Part shown: in pieces, positions 1-12,712 of the stretch
Position numbering within the stretch: the first letter of the stretch is position 1
How the letters are laid out: the number at the start of each line of letters is the position of its first letter
NCBI RefSeq assembly: GCF_037042905.1
Contig: NC_087245.1
Location: 12,402,001 to 12,466,000 of the forward strand
Direction: 5' to 3'
Origin: Lytechinus pictus
Taxonomy: Eukaryota
DNA length: 64,000 nt
Made by a program: the position numbers and the translations under genes
Notes under the pieces: model-generated
Told to the model about the DNA's origin: nothing
Seen by the model: only the letters and a program-made list of their open reading frames with translations
Database searches by the model: none

Positions 1-769
1 TTTCATGACCTGTCAGTTGATTCTTTACCTGCTCAAAAATATGTTGGGAGGCATTTGGAAATATTGAGAATTGATAAAGCAATATGGACACTAAAACATG
101 TGAGCATTGTAGCAGGCAATCCTCTTCATGTTAATATCAAGTACACATGATTAATCTCATTTTAAAGTGTCTCATCTCAAGAGCATTGATACATGAGGCT
201 TTCAAGCTTAGATTTAATCTTCTCATGCTGCTTTAGTTTTTATGATTCTTAGTCTTCTGTCATGTTGTCATGGTGATGTCACATGCATTGTCCATATATT
301 GTGATGAGATGTGTTGCGAGAGTATTCTGTTCATTGCTCAAGTGCTTCAGCTTTTACAGAGAAATTTCCATCCTTGTTCAGGGAAGAAGAGAAAATATCA
401 CAATATTTTTTTTCAGCTTTTAATTTTGTGATTGATATATCAATTGATTTTTCATTTTTGTTTTTCATGAAATATAAGCAAACTATGCAAATGTTAAATA
501 TATTGAAACAATTACAAATTAAACAAAAAGAGAAAATAATTAGTGCTCTGGCATTAAACAATGAATTCAATTAAATGTGAGAATTATGGAAAGCTGCAAA
601 ATATCAGAGAGCTTTAAAAGTGGCTTGCCAATGTGTTACTAAAGATTAAATGACAATAACGAATTATTCATAAAACAGTATACTATTTTCAAAAGGTATC
701 AATTCTCATACTATGAAAATAATGGTAACGATTACATGTATCAAACACTGCAATATCAATAATATGTTC

Positions 770-1105
770 TTTTTCTCTCTCTGTCATGCTCTTTTTTTCT
801 TTCTCTCCCGTCTCCTTTGCCACTTTTGTGTTTTTTTATTGTTTTATTCTTCTCTTTTTCTATCTATTTTGTCCTTCCATTATTTCTTCCCCTCTCAATA
901 TGTTTTTCTGACTGCTGTCTACATTGTTCTGTCTCCCCATTCACTTTGTTTTGCTCTTTCTCTCTTCCTCTTTTCCTATTGATCTCTCTATTTTGTTTTT
1001 TTTTCCCCATCACGCTCCATCTCCTTCACGTCCCCCTTTCCTTCCCCCTTTTCCACTTTACTCTATCTCTCCAACCCTTCTCCTTCCTCTCATCCCCCTC
1101 TCTCA
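770..1105. repeat. CT/T-rich low-complexity tract (NAGS intron)
   Basis: Pyrimidine-rich simple sequence; explains the spurious F/L/S-rich ORFs at 713-1280. Confidence 0.85.
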
Positions 1106-1107
1106 AC

Positions 1108-1436
1108 TTGGGAAATTGCAGAAGTTGAAAAATACAGCTGCGCGTATTGTAACTCTATCTAGCAAGTGCAGCCACATCACCCCTATATTAAAAACTCTTC
1201 AAGAAATCATGGGGGAACGGGCCTTTGCTTATGCTGTCATGCAGGGCCAAACCTGTGGAATTCTCTTTCACAGAGTTTGAAAAACCAGACTTCAGTGGCC
1301 ACCTTCAGGGCCAACCTGAAGACATATCTGTATAAGAGTGCTTTATGACAGACATTGACTTGTTCTGCTCTGAAGCGCCTTGAGCATCTAATCAAGATGG
1401 AAAATACGCTATACAAGTCTTATGTATTATTATTAA
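1108..1436 (+). mobile_element. 5'-truncated, internally deleted LINE (CR1/L2-like) 3' end
   Basis: Broken frames read LQKLKNTAARIVTLSSKCSHITPILKTL / GERAFAYA / GPNLWNSLSQSLKNQTSVATFRANLKTYLYKSAL*, the typical ORF2 C-terminus of CR1/L2-clade LINEs, followed by a (TAT)n tail. Confidence 0.8.
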
Positions 1437-1439
1437 CAG

Positions 1440-1605
1440 ATCATTTGGTAGAGTACTAAAGAAGAATTACATAACTGATCTTCCCAGACGACTCCATACT
1501 ATATACCTTTCTGAGGGATACAATGCTGTAGCTATCATCACTAATGAAGATGATGTTCATAATGTGCCTTACCTAGACAAGTTCTCTATAAGTCTTCAAA
1601 CACAA
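1440..1605 (+). CDS. NAGS: N-acetylglutamate synthase, internal exon (NAT domain)
   Basis: cag|...|gtgagt. Translates SFGRVLKKNYITDLPRRLHTIYLSEGYNAVAIITNEDDVHNVPYLDKFSISLQTQ, matching the vertebrate NAGS motifs IYxSEGYNA and PYLDKF. Upstream exons not seen in the window. Confidence 0.93.
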
Positions 1606-2388
1606 GTGAGTATAAGAGCTCTTTGAAAGGGCTTCCATGCCTGGAGGTATGGCAAGCTGTTCTATCATTACAATTTTTAATTTCATTTCTTGATATAAAA
1701 AGTGCTATTTGTCAACAATGCAAGCCTATCTCTTGATATCAAGAATTAGGAATAAATGATAGAATAGCTTACCATACTGTCATACACTGACTAAAATATC
1801 AATGTAACAGCACCTTCAATTCAATACAATTCAGTTTTATTTCCCACTTTCAATTTTTCATATATACAAGGATGATACAGTTAACATATCATAATATTAT
1901 CACATTTCTAGTGACATGTATAAAGATTAGATGCAGCTGAAAATAGATGGGAAAATATCAATCAGTTGATGTTACTTCTTTTATTGATGCGTGAGATCCC
2001 TTACTGTGATATGTGAAGTGAAATACATTACCCCCTTAATATTTACTGAGAGTGAATAGCTGGCCATCAGAGTACATAATATCTACATGAATAATCTCTA
2101 GGGGCTTTTCATTAAGAAGGCTCTTCATTTTTTTTTCCTGAAATATGCAGATGTGGAGTTATATTCATGCTTTTAATTGACATAGTCTGAAGTGGATTAA
2201 TGTGATTTGAATGAGATTTTAAGAAAAAGTGTGTGCTGTAAGATTGTCATAAAACATTGTGTCTCGTTTTGGCACTTCATACTCCATTTATATAAGTCAT
2301 GTGCAAATTTACAAACAGCTCTGTGATCATCACCCTAATGCTGAACTGTTGGTATAATTTAAAATACTTGTACATGTTTTGCCCTCAG

Positions 2389-2483
2389 GGAGAAGGGACC
2401 AGTGATATGCTGTGGGATTACTTAAGGAGAGACTTTGGCATGCTGTTCTGGAGGTCAAGAAGTAATAACCAAATCAATCCATG
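2389..2483 (+). CDS. NAGS: N-acetylglutamate synthase, penultimate coding exon
   Basis: ctcag|...|gtgagt. GEGTSDMLWDYLRRDFGMLFWRSRSNNQINPW, compare human [32 protein letters not shown] (recalled). Phase 0 in, phase 2 out. Confidence 0.95.
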
Positions 2484-2852
2484 GTGAGTATAACAGAATG
2501 GAAGATTGTAGAGTAAAGATGCTCTGCTTTTGGCATATGACAAGCACTCGCTTGGCTGTGTAGATTACAGCTGTTTGGCTGACCCCAGTTCATATATGCA
2601 ATAGTTAAAATACTGCAATGTTACAGTGATATTGCCTTATTCAGATGGGTTAATGAATCAGGGAATTGGAAAATGCTCACCATTATATATTGATAATAAT
2701 AAGTATATATTGTGGTATGGGTATATGAAACAGGCAATCAAATGATAAAAGGAAGGAAACAGAGGAAGAGACACAGTGATTTAATTGATGCAATAATTCC
2801 AAACTTAAAATAATTCGAAGTTGTAATATTTTTCCATTCCTTTTCCACCAAG

Positions 2853-3024
2853 GTATTTCAAACGATGCGAAGGAAGTTGGAGCAACAGTAAATGGACCGT
2901 ATTCTGGTACGGCATGGCGGACCCTAAGCTGTCTTACGCCCTCGTTGAGAAGGCGGTAACAAGACCAGCATCTTTTGTTGAACCAGAAAGCTATGAGAAC
3001 GACCTGATGAGGGATATACCCTGA
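2853..3024 (+). CDS. NAGS: N-acetylglutamate synthase, last coding exon
   Basis: Polypyrimidine tract + aag acceptor. (W)YFKRCEGSWSNSKWTVFWYGMADPKLSYALVEKAVTRPASFVEPESYENDLMRDIP*; phase matches the previous exon; AATAAA at about 3182. Confidence 0.95.
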
Positions 3025-3727
3025 ACATATGTCATGACACAAAAGAGATTCTATATTTTTGTTACAAAAATATGAAAACTATAAAAACAAGCAGATTTAG
3101 ATCCTTGATAGTATCTTTCATTATAAATTCTGATGAATACTGCACCAGAACAGAAACATTTTCAGACATTGTTTTTGAGAAAATAAATATTTTTATGGAA
3201 TGTTAACGAAGAAACAAATATGTTATCACTTTTCTTGTTTCTATCCATCTTGGTATTGCCGTTTTTTGCATTACTAATTTATCTATCCAATATCACTTCT
3301 TTTTTTAATTCCAGAGTATTTACTTTTGTATTTTTCTTTTTATTCAGTTATTTTGTTTCTTTTTGCAATAATATTTATTACTTATTTTTTAAGCCTGAAG
3401 AATTCCCTACCATAATATTCCTGAAATTCTGTGTATTCAAAGTAATTGAAGTTAAGGATCTTTTATATTTATTTCAAGCATATATAGAAAATATATGAAT
3501 CATTTGTTAGAAATGTGACATTTTAAGATTTCTAACAAAATCCAGTGTTTATTTTATAATTTGGCTTTGGCATGCTGTAAAATTTAGTACTGCTCTTTTT
3601 TCAGATTGAATTATATAATCCATACATGTAATTATGGTCTGCTTTTTAAAGCGTGCTTGATGCATTGTATAGAAGTAATTTACCGATAAATTACCCAGGC
3701 ATCATTCTGACCAGGCACCATTTCACA

Positions 3728-4179
3728 TACCATGTTTACACGCTGCATAAAAAAAAGGTTCAGAACCGCGAGCCGATGCAGAATCTGCTTTTTTGTTGCG
3801 TGTAAACGCGATTAACTTGCATCGGCTCTCGGTTCAGAATCGGCAATTTTGCACCACCAAAGTAGTAGGTTCAGAACCGTGAGCCGATGCAGAATCGTCT
3901 TTTTTACTACGTGTAAACAGAAAGCCGATTCTGCATCGGCAATTGGCGCGCATTTCATTTACTTTACCATTATGACGTACTTTTAAGCGCACGGATCCAG
4001 CATTGTCTTTATTATGATGTATATTGTTGGTGCACGGATCATTTCAGGTTTTTGCCCCAAAAGCCGATTCTGAACCGCGAGCCGATGCAGCGTGTAAACG
4101 CGGTGCAAGATAAACCAAAAGCCGATTCTGTATCGGCTTTTGGTTCAGAACCAAAAGCCGATCACATGTAAACACGGTA
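3728..4179. mobile_element. Foldback-type MITE with internal repeated GAGCCGATGCAGAATC units
   Basis: Imperfect TIR TACCATGTTTACACG / CATGTAAACACGGTA; many direct and inverted copies of ggttcagaacc-gagccgatgcagaatc. Confidence 0.75.
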
Positions 4180-4545
4180 ACAATTGCACACATGCCAAAC
4201 TACTTTCATTGACATTCACATCATACAGGGTAGCCATTTAACACCTGGGTGGAGAGAGGAAAATGTAGACAAGGTGCCTTGCCAAATGACATTAATTTGG
4301 ACTTTAGATTTAGTATGACTTTTCAACAGAAATTAATCCTCAATAGTTTTCCTTTTCAGTTTATCAATTTGTTATGCTTCAAAGACCTGTTTGTGTTTGT
4401 AGCGCTTCAAGCATTAATGTAATAATTTGTCCTAAGTCCAATGTAACTTATTTTGAATACATATAGTTTTCTTATAGTGCTATATCACCTTGATAAAGAT
4501 ATACATGTGTCACACTGAAATAGAATAGAAATAGAATAAAATTAA

Positions 4546-5159
4546 AGGGATGGTCCGGGCTGAAATTTCTTATATCTAAATCAATAGAGTAAAATTCACA
4601 GAGCCAAATGCTGAAAATTTCATCTAAATCAGATAACAAACAATGAAGTTATTGAATTTTAAATTTTATCAATATTTTGTGAAAACAGTTATATGCACAT
4701 GGTCATGAATATTCATTAGATGGGCTGATGATGTCACATCCCCTCTTTCCTTTTTCTTATGTTATTACATGAAATCATAAATGTTTCATTTTTTTGTACA
4801 CGTGTAAATGATGTGTCTCCATTATGATTTAAAAAATTGCGGCAAGAAATAACTAATGCACTTTTAAAAATCAGTTGTCAATCCAATTGTTTTAGTTCTT
4901 GGTAGAAATCTTTTTAATAAACCTAATTTCATATAATAAAATACAAAAGAACAAGTGGGGATATGACATCATCAGCCCACCTAATGAATATTCATAAAGA
5001 CATGCCTAGAACTGTTTCACTGGAAAAATGCAATTCTTTAAAATTCAATAACTTTGTTATTTGTTACCCGATTTTGATGAAATTTTCAGCATTTTGCTCT
5101 GTGAATTTTACTCTATTTATTGAGATATAAATACTGTATATCCAGCCTGGACCATCACT
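4546..5159. mobile_element. Kolobok-like MITE (TTAA TSD)
   Basis: TTAA|AGGGATGGTCCGGGCTG ... CAGCCTGGACCATCACT|TTAA, with long quasi-palindromic arms. A decayed relative lies near 61460-61900. Confidence 0.8.
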
Positions 5160-5720
5160 TTAAATTGTTATACACACTTATTAATGATGATAATTATTTG
5201 TTTTCATATAACTATCACTACATATGGATGCTTAGTGCTTAATACAGATAACAATATTTATTTTTCCTCTTTTTTTGATGATATACAGGGTAGCGCAGAA
5301 AGGAATATGATATATTGTATTTGTATCAAAGAATCAAGACAATTTATTTCTTTCTTTTAAAACGAATTCATGTTCAATTTTGAACATAGTAGTATACTCA
5401 GCAGTACGGCTTGTTGTCAGGTTGAATAATATAATTTGTCATATATTTTATTATTACCTATACAAGGCATTTTAGGAGATAAATAAAAGTCATATTTCGC
5501 TCGCTACTTTCAATCCAAGACCAATGAGGTAAACATTTGCCATGTTGCCCTCCCCGGGCTTTGCCCATAGAAATCCTGTACAAAATAGAGGGCAATATTG
5601 GCCATATTTCGTTAGTGCGTTTGCGCAGTAGGAGCTGATTTTGATCGCTAATTTCAGTATTTCAGAAATCTGGTTGGAACCAGTTTATAAATCAATGCAT
5701 TGTAGATTTCTACGCGTTGA

Positions 5721-8700
5721 CACGTATGTTCACGGCCTCAACTCAGTGGAGCGCGCCATTGAAAGGCCTTTTCGCCTAGCAATATTGTTAGCGACGTTTG
5801 TTAGCATCACTTTGCTCACTCTCCAAAATGTCTGCGACATTAAAATTCTAAAAACAATGGATTTGTTCAATTTTAGTGAGGCTATGAATGTTTATCATTT
5901 ACATTGACTATCAGTGTACCAACATATACCGAATTTACAAGCAAGTGTGGGTAAGACTTTGAATTATCAGTCATTTCGATGCAATCCCAAAATTGATGAA
6001 AATATAACAGAAATTTGATATAGCATTGCAAAATCCTTATTTTCATATCCCCTTAATTTTTAATCATTTGCAAAAGCATCTTAGTACGTTTCCTAGAATT
6101 TTTCACAACTGATAACGGTGGTGGCTTATTGATTCTAGTTTTTTTTAAGAAATGGCAGGCATTTGAAATCAGGTAAATTGTTGTTATATTTTTAAAAGAA
6201 AATCGTTAGATTCGAACAACTTACTAATAGTTCTCCAAAAGAAGGGTTATATTCAATTATCTGTGTGTAAATGATACATGACGACAAATTTTACGAGTAT
6301 ATCATTGCATGTTGGATAACCTTTTCCACGATGAGTTTCGTAATTGAGAGAAAAATCAAGTTCATTCCTAGCACGCGAGCCGCAGAATGATAAATTTTAG
6401 CGTGCGCACACGGGCTGATCGCCGTGTCTGCGGGGACGGATATCTAGTCCCATACTGGTGTAAGGTGGTATTTTCCACGTACCTTTTCCCCTTGTAATGA
6501 CCACTTCGCACTTTAATACTTAATTTTGACACTTAATCTGTGAAATTAATGGTTTAACGATTTTGGAAAATGTTCGGAATATACCTAACACATAAATGAT
6601 TTCATTTTCTAGAATTATTATTTCTTTCCTGAATTACCAAAAGGCAAATTTAGGTCAAGATTGCATATACTCACATTGACTGTTTAGCATAGCGCATATC
6701 TATTACAATTTCTATTATGTGTGTCTATATTAGATAAATTGTCCTGATGTAAATATATGTTATAGAATCATATTGGATACAAAAATCATGACGGGTGTCA
6801 TGGTCTGAGTTTTCTTTGTGTATAACAAACAAAATACTGCATGATTCCAATTTTATTTGAACATGTCATCGTATGCAACGGCAATTTCAATCAGTTTATA
6901 ATTTTCTTTTGCTTAGTCAGCGTTTATTTTTCAATGTGCAGAATTGGTTCGCAAGCGGTTTTTACACCAAAGAGCTTGCCAAAGAGCTCATTCCTGGCAC
7001 TTCGACTAAAGATGGATATGATTATTTTGTTTCTCATGGTTATCCATTTTTAAAAACAATATTTATTTACTGCAGCCAACGAGTTCCTGACACAATTTAT
7101 TTTTTGACTAAAAACTACATTATGAATGTCCCCCGAGCGGTCTTAAAATAAAAAAGAAATACCCTTTTTCGCAAATGAATCATAGTTGTAGCTGTAAAAT
7201 TACTTTGTCTTAATTCCTTTCCTCTTAATTTAATATTTTAGTATTTCATTTACATAACCTAAATGAAGGAGGATTCGGAACGATTATTGTTTGATGATTA
7301 TGGGTGTGAAAGGACCCCTCCCCAAAAATAATAATGAGTAAGAATAAATAAATAAATGAATAAATTTAATTAAATTAAATTAAAATAAAAGTCAGTAATC
7401 TTTAACAGGATAGTTCGAAAGCTTATTTTCAGTGGGGTCCTCAACACGTATAGAATTGTAATTATAAAAGGTAAAATCTGTTTACACTATAAATATGAAT
7501 ATGAACTACTATTAATAATAAATAAGATCTTGAGATGGTATGTACAAGAAATATATAAAAAAGAGAACGAAGAAGAAAGTTGAAGGTATAATGTTGTCTC
7601 AAGCGGACCGGGAGAAGGGGGTGCTCCTTTCCCTCTCTTTTCCAATACACCGGGTGAGTTATGTATATCTCAATATTGATTTTATAACAAACTACTTAAA
7701 ATCCCCATTTCATGACAGATTATAAAAAAATTCGGCTTACGATTTGTGCTCGCATTGATTGTTGAAAATATATTAAATCGTGCATCATAATTACAAAAGT
7801 GCTTTAAATGTCAATTTTTCAAGCCATAATATTAACAGATTACGCGCTCTCATTAGGCTTATTAGACTAATAAATAAGATATTAATTTAGTAATCACTAT
7901 GTCCTTGTTTTCAGAATGGAATATCGACAAGTTCTATTTCGTGCTTAGGAAGAGAAATAGGAAGACAGTCATCATTTTCATTTGATGACATAATGTTCTT
8001 AGGATGTCCCGGTCCTAGGTCAAAACTCAAAGGAATAATATTGAAACATATCGGCTCTTCTAAAACTGTGATCCAAATCCACCTCACAATTGTCCTACAA
8101 AGTGCTTGAAATACAGATATTAAATTGTCCCTTTTTCAGATCGGAATATCAAATACTTTAAGCTCGCGCTTTTTGCGCTCGCTTTATTGATTTTCATGAT
8201 GTAAAAGGTATTAGAATGCCCAGATTCTAGGTCGCGCATGTTTATTCAGATACGCAGCTTGTTCACTATTTAAATCATCCAAATATCAAACATTTTGTGC
8301 TCGCATTATAAGATTTCAAATTATCATTTTCATGATTTACACAAAATGATCAGAGTGTCCCATTTTTGGGTGTAAATCTCGATTTTTTTCCGCACGCGCT
8401 TCGCGCTCGCATCAATTGTTTAGTCATTTACTTATTATTATCACGATTACAAAAAGTGCTTAGAATTTCCGTACTTCGTCTAGAAATGTCAAAATTTTCA
8501 GCCCACGCTTTTCGCTCGCATTATTTGATTGTTGAAAAATGTAAGGTAGTTGCGGTGGATACACATCTGTCTTAGGATCACAAACATTGCCCAGAATATT
8601 TAGATTTTAGGACAAAATACTTTGCACTCGCACTAATCAAATAAGGCTTATGAGATTATCATATATTTATGTTGATTTATAAGAATAAAGCTTAGACTAT

Positions 8701-9569
8701 TATAATAAAAGACTACCCCTTCAAAGATACAAACAAAAATCAACTTCGAGTGGCCGATCGGGAAAATGTGGCTAAGAAAATTCGGCTCCCCCCCCCCATA
8801 TTGGCAAAGGCTGGATCCGCCCCTGTCTACTGATAACTCTTGAAGGGGGGGGGGGGATGAGTTACCCTTGAATATTATTGTTGAATATTCAGCTCAATAT
8901 ATTGCTTTGACCCCCATCCCTTCACACACGTTTTGTATATCCCCGTCTACTAACAGCTCTGGGGGGGGGGGACCATTTTTTTTAAACTCAACATAATTAT
9001 TGCTCTCACACCCCCCCCCCCCCCCCGATCAGATGAATTACGTCACTTGACGTGCGTGATTTCAATTGCAATATAGCCCCAAGATCCACTGACTATTTAT
9101 TTAGCTTACACATTAAAAAAAACTGGAGAGTTGTCAAACTCAACACAAATATACAATAAAATAACAACAAAATAACATACTATAGAAAGAAAGTATTAAA
9201 AAAATTGAGAACTTAGTACAATAAAGATAATAAAATGTTGAATTTTTTTACCCCCGTCTCCCACACTCGATCTATTACGTATTAGACAATGATATGAAAT
9301 TATGCTGATCTGCCTTTATTTGCGCACGATATTCTTAACTAAAGTCATGATATGACCATTGATATAATGGATTATAAATTTTCATAGTTTGATCACACCA
9401 TATCCACTTTAAATCCCTGGAAATTCCAGCAACAATACATGTTGTCATGGTACGACACACATTTTCTTTATTGAAAAGTATCACGACACCAACGTTGAAA
9501 CTGTGCAAAGGCCTTTAATGGCGAACTCCACTGGGTTGATACATAGCCTATGGGTGATGAACATACGTG
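5721..9569. mobile_element. Non-autonomous Chapaev-type (CMC) DNA transposon, copy 1
   Basis: Termini CACGTATGTTCA / TGAACATACGTG plus a subterminal inverted block; 4-bp TSD TTGA (5717-5720, 9570-9573); colinear with the copy at 47578-54766; no transposase ORF. Confidence 0.85.
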
Positions 9570-9770
9570 TTGAGTGTATGTGCGCGCCATGCACGATGCG
9601 CGACTGCAAGGTAACAATTATGTCACAATTGCTTATTAAGGGTTACCGGTACTTTGCTAAGCCGTGAATAAACTGAAATCAGAAGTAGTGCAGTGATAAT
9701 CAAACAGGCATATAAATTGTTCCAAATAGTAGCTTGAATTACACATTGAACGGTCTTAGGTAATAATAAT

Positions 9771-9904
9771 AATATTGACTGGCTCTTCTTTCATCAAATA
9801 TGTCGCCCTTAAAAGAACCATATTGCCCTCGTCTAACGAGTCGGGTCAATGTGATTCTGTTGCGGGCGACATATTTGATGTTCCCTTCAAGGTCAGTCAA
9901 TATT
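9771..9904. repeat. Nested inverted repeat (hairpin), probable end of an older mobile element
   Basis: AATATTGACT/AGTCAATATT outer arms and perfect 17-bp CATCAAATATGTCGCCC (9792-9808) / GGGCGACATATTTGATG (9864-9880). Confidence 0.8.
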
Positions 9905-9914
9905 TCATAATTAT

Positions 9915-10135
9915 ATTCTTTTTATAGTGCTTTACAGATTAATAATTACCCATATCATTGAATTCAATTGCTGTTCCACACATAAAATGCACCTCTTCAC
10001 TCCCTAAGCAGTGTTCTGGTCATGCGCCATTTTACAAGCACATGGATCCCAATCTTTTGTTGACGTTCACATACAGGGTACTCATTTAACACCTGGGTGG
10101 AGAGTGGAAAATACAGACAAGGTGCCTTGCCAAAG
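9915..10135 (-). mobile_element. Partial SINE; a related fragment lies at about 4210-4290
   Basis: gggtactcatttaacacctgggtggagagtggaaaa...gtgccttgccaaag is the reverse complement of the core of the SINE at 20630. Confidence 0.6.
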
Positions 10136-10702
10136 AACAGTAACTTTGGACTTGAGATTTAGTATGACTTTTCAACAGAAATTCACAATATTTTTTTTCC
10201 ATTTTTTTTTTGCTTCAAAGTATTGATTTGGGTTTGTAGCACTTCAAACATTAATGCAATTTTTACTAAGCCCAATACCAAGATTTATTTCATAACTTTT
10301 TTTTAATCTATCATTAGAATATAGTTTGCTCATTGTGCCATAATCACCTTGATAAAGATATACATATGACTTACTGAAATGGAATAGAAATAGACAAAAA
10401 AAAAATGCACATGTGATTTTGTTTTCATATGGTTATCACTACATATGACAATCTTTTTAAGACAATTCAGGCAGAAGATATAGTTCAAATAGCAATATCA
10501 TAGAATGGATTTGTATTCAAGATTCCAGACTATTCATATTTTTCCGATAGAACAAACCAACCCTTGTTCAATTTCAAACATATTAGTAATACTGAAGTGG
10601 TATTTGAAAACAGCTTTCAATTGAAGGTTTGAATAAGGGATGTTAAAAGAAATGTACAGCAATGGATGGTGGGGGTGGGGCAAATACAAATCCAGTCATC
10701 AG

Positions 10703-10859
10703 GGGAGTGTTTCATCAACATTTTCATCCGACAAGTTGTCAGATCTGACATCTTTCTCTGATGTTGATTGGCTGAGAGGTACTGTTACTATGGTAACTGT
10801 CGGATAAAATGGGACTTGTCGGATAAAACGTCCGACAAGTCCTTTCATGAAACGCTCCC
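10703..10859. mobile_element. Harbinger-like MITE (CAG TSD)
   Basis: CAG|GGGAGTGTTTCAT ... ATGAAACGCTCCC|CAG. Confidence 0.75.
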
Positions 10860-12494
10860 CAGGAGTTCTCTCTTGCTATTGTTCTGAAGTGGTCATTATT
10901 GCATTTCACTGAATGACGTAAGAACAGAGATATGCTATTAAAAGTCTGCCAGGGGTATAAGAACAGACTTAAATCTACTTAATGGCAGTTAGAATTAGTG
11001 GAAATATTCAAGTTTTAAACATTTACAATATTAATTTATGTACATGTATATAGAGAGTGATATAGGAGTCTATGAAGCAAGGTAATAGTAAAGCAGTTAT
11101 TCTGAAAGAATCAAGCAAATATATTTGCTTATAGTAAATAAATTCAAATAATTATTCATTTATTTATTTATTGAATGAATAATGGTGTGATATAGTGTGC
11201 TTAGTATTTATATGAAGACTTTACCAGTAAGAAGTTTGCTGTGCTGTGCCATAATATGCGATATTACATATACCATTCCTGATTTACACAAGATTTTTTT
11301 TCATTCTGTTTATTTTACGGATATGATTTTTTTCCCAGTTGTAAATATATATGCACATTGTGTAAGAATTGCTAAGCTGAGGATGTTGATGATGGCGATG
11401 TATGTAGTCTTAAAGTGATGCTATTTAAATTGTAAGACTAGTGTATAATCATTCTGTGTTTGGGATGTATTATAATATCACTTGAGCCATTGAACTATAC
11501 AGCAATCTAATGAGATTATCAAAATCATAACTCTATACAGTTGATTTAATTTAAATGACGGCATTATATACAGTACATCGAATATAATTTCACTGAAATA
11601 ATTGATTTAGAATTTAATTACAGTTTTTACAAGCAAGTTGCATTGTTAAACAATGAACATATAAACTCATACAGTCTGTACTCCATTGTTATTAAAGTAC
11701 AATCACAAATTATTTTAGTTGATTTTTTTCTCTTTTGATTTATAGGTCTGAGATATCTTACATGGAGAAGCTTATATACATCTGTCTTTTATTGTATAAT
11801 TCAGGCTTAGCAAGCAATAACAGTTAAAAAAGGGTAAAGAAAGGGTCTTTCTCTGATGAAAAAATGTACTGTAAAAAGTAAAACATGTTTAGGATTACTT
11901 TTGCCTTCATAATTGTGAAACTGCCAGTCATTAAATGTTCACTCTTTTTTTCTAGGTGGGAAAAGTAAGAGTATTTTTGTATGATCTATGAAAAAGCGTA
12001 TGAAAAATGTTTCTGTAACTCAAACTTGAATTTTTAGCTTTCCTTGTATTTTGTATATTTCATTCTGAATTTAGCTTTGCCTCAAGATGCGAAATATGTG
12101 CAATAGTAATAATGATATGTCCTTCTTTGTGAAACAAGAAACCAAGAAAAGATATTCTATGTACTTTAGCTACATGTAAAGGTGCTCTTGATATTAACCT
12201 CACAAGTCTGAAGTAATATGTCACATTGGTTATGCAAAATGAAACAAATATTATTTCAATTGCGGCTGCCAGCATTCAAGATTTAGTCCCAGCTGATTCA
12301 ATTTTAAGTGTACATGATTTAATATTTATTCTACTGCGAGTTTACCTGCATGCTTATGGGTAGATTCAACTATGATTAAATAGGTATTGAAAATATAATT
12401 TTATTGTTGTTTGTACTGAATAAATCAAACAGTATTGCAAACAGTATTCTTTTAGAGTAATTATTTTTGCTTTGATTTACAAGTTTTGCCCATA

Positions 12495-12712
12495 TTTTCA
12501 ATCTAGTTATGTAATGATAATATTGTAGAGATTTAAGTCATGTTGCAAATTTTAGGCTTATGAGTGAGAAATTTCCTTTTGAATTCATTTTTAAAAAAGG
12601 TAGCTATTTCAATCTAGTTATGTAATGATAATATTGTAGAGATTTAAGTCATGTTGCAAATTTTAGGCTTATGAAGGAGAAATTTCCTTCATTCATTAAA
12701 AAAGGTAGCTAC
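12495..12712 (+). repeat. Tandem duplication, unit about 111 bp, two copies
   Basis: atctagttatgtaatgataatattgtagagatttaagtcatgttgcaaattttaggcttatga starts at both 12501 and 12612. Confidence 0.9.

Noticed and set aside
5641..5907. Duplicated small ORFs (with 47549-47764; also 7540/50476, 8366/51371, 39319/41135 etc.) as a gene family
   Set aside because: They are chance frames in duplicated transposon DNA, cross element boundaries and show frameshifts between copies.
5721..9569. Transib / ProtoRAG-like element because of the CAC ends
   Set aside because: The TSD is 4 bp in both copies, not 5; no heptamer-nonamer pattern and no RAG-like coding sequence seen.
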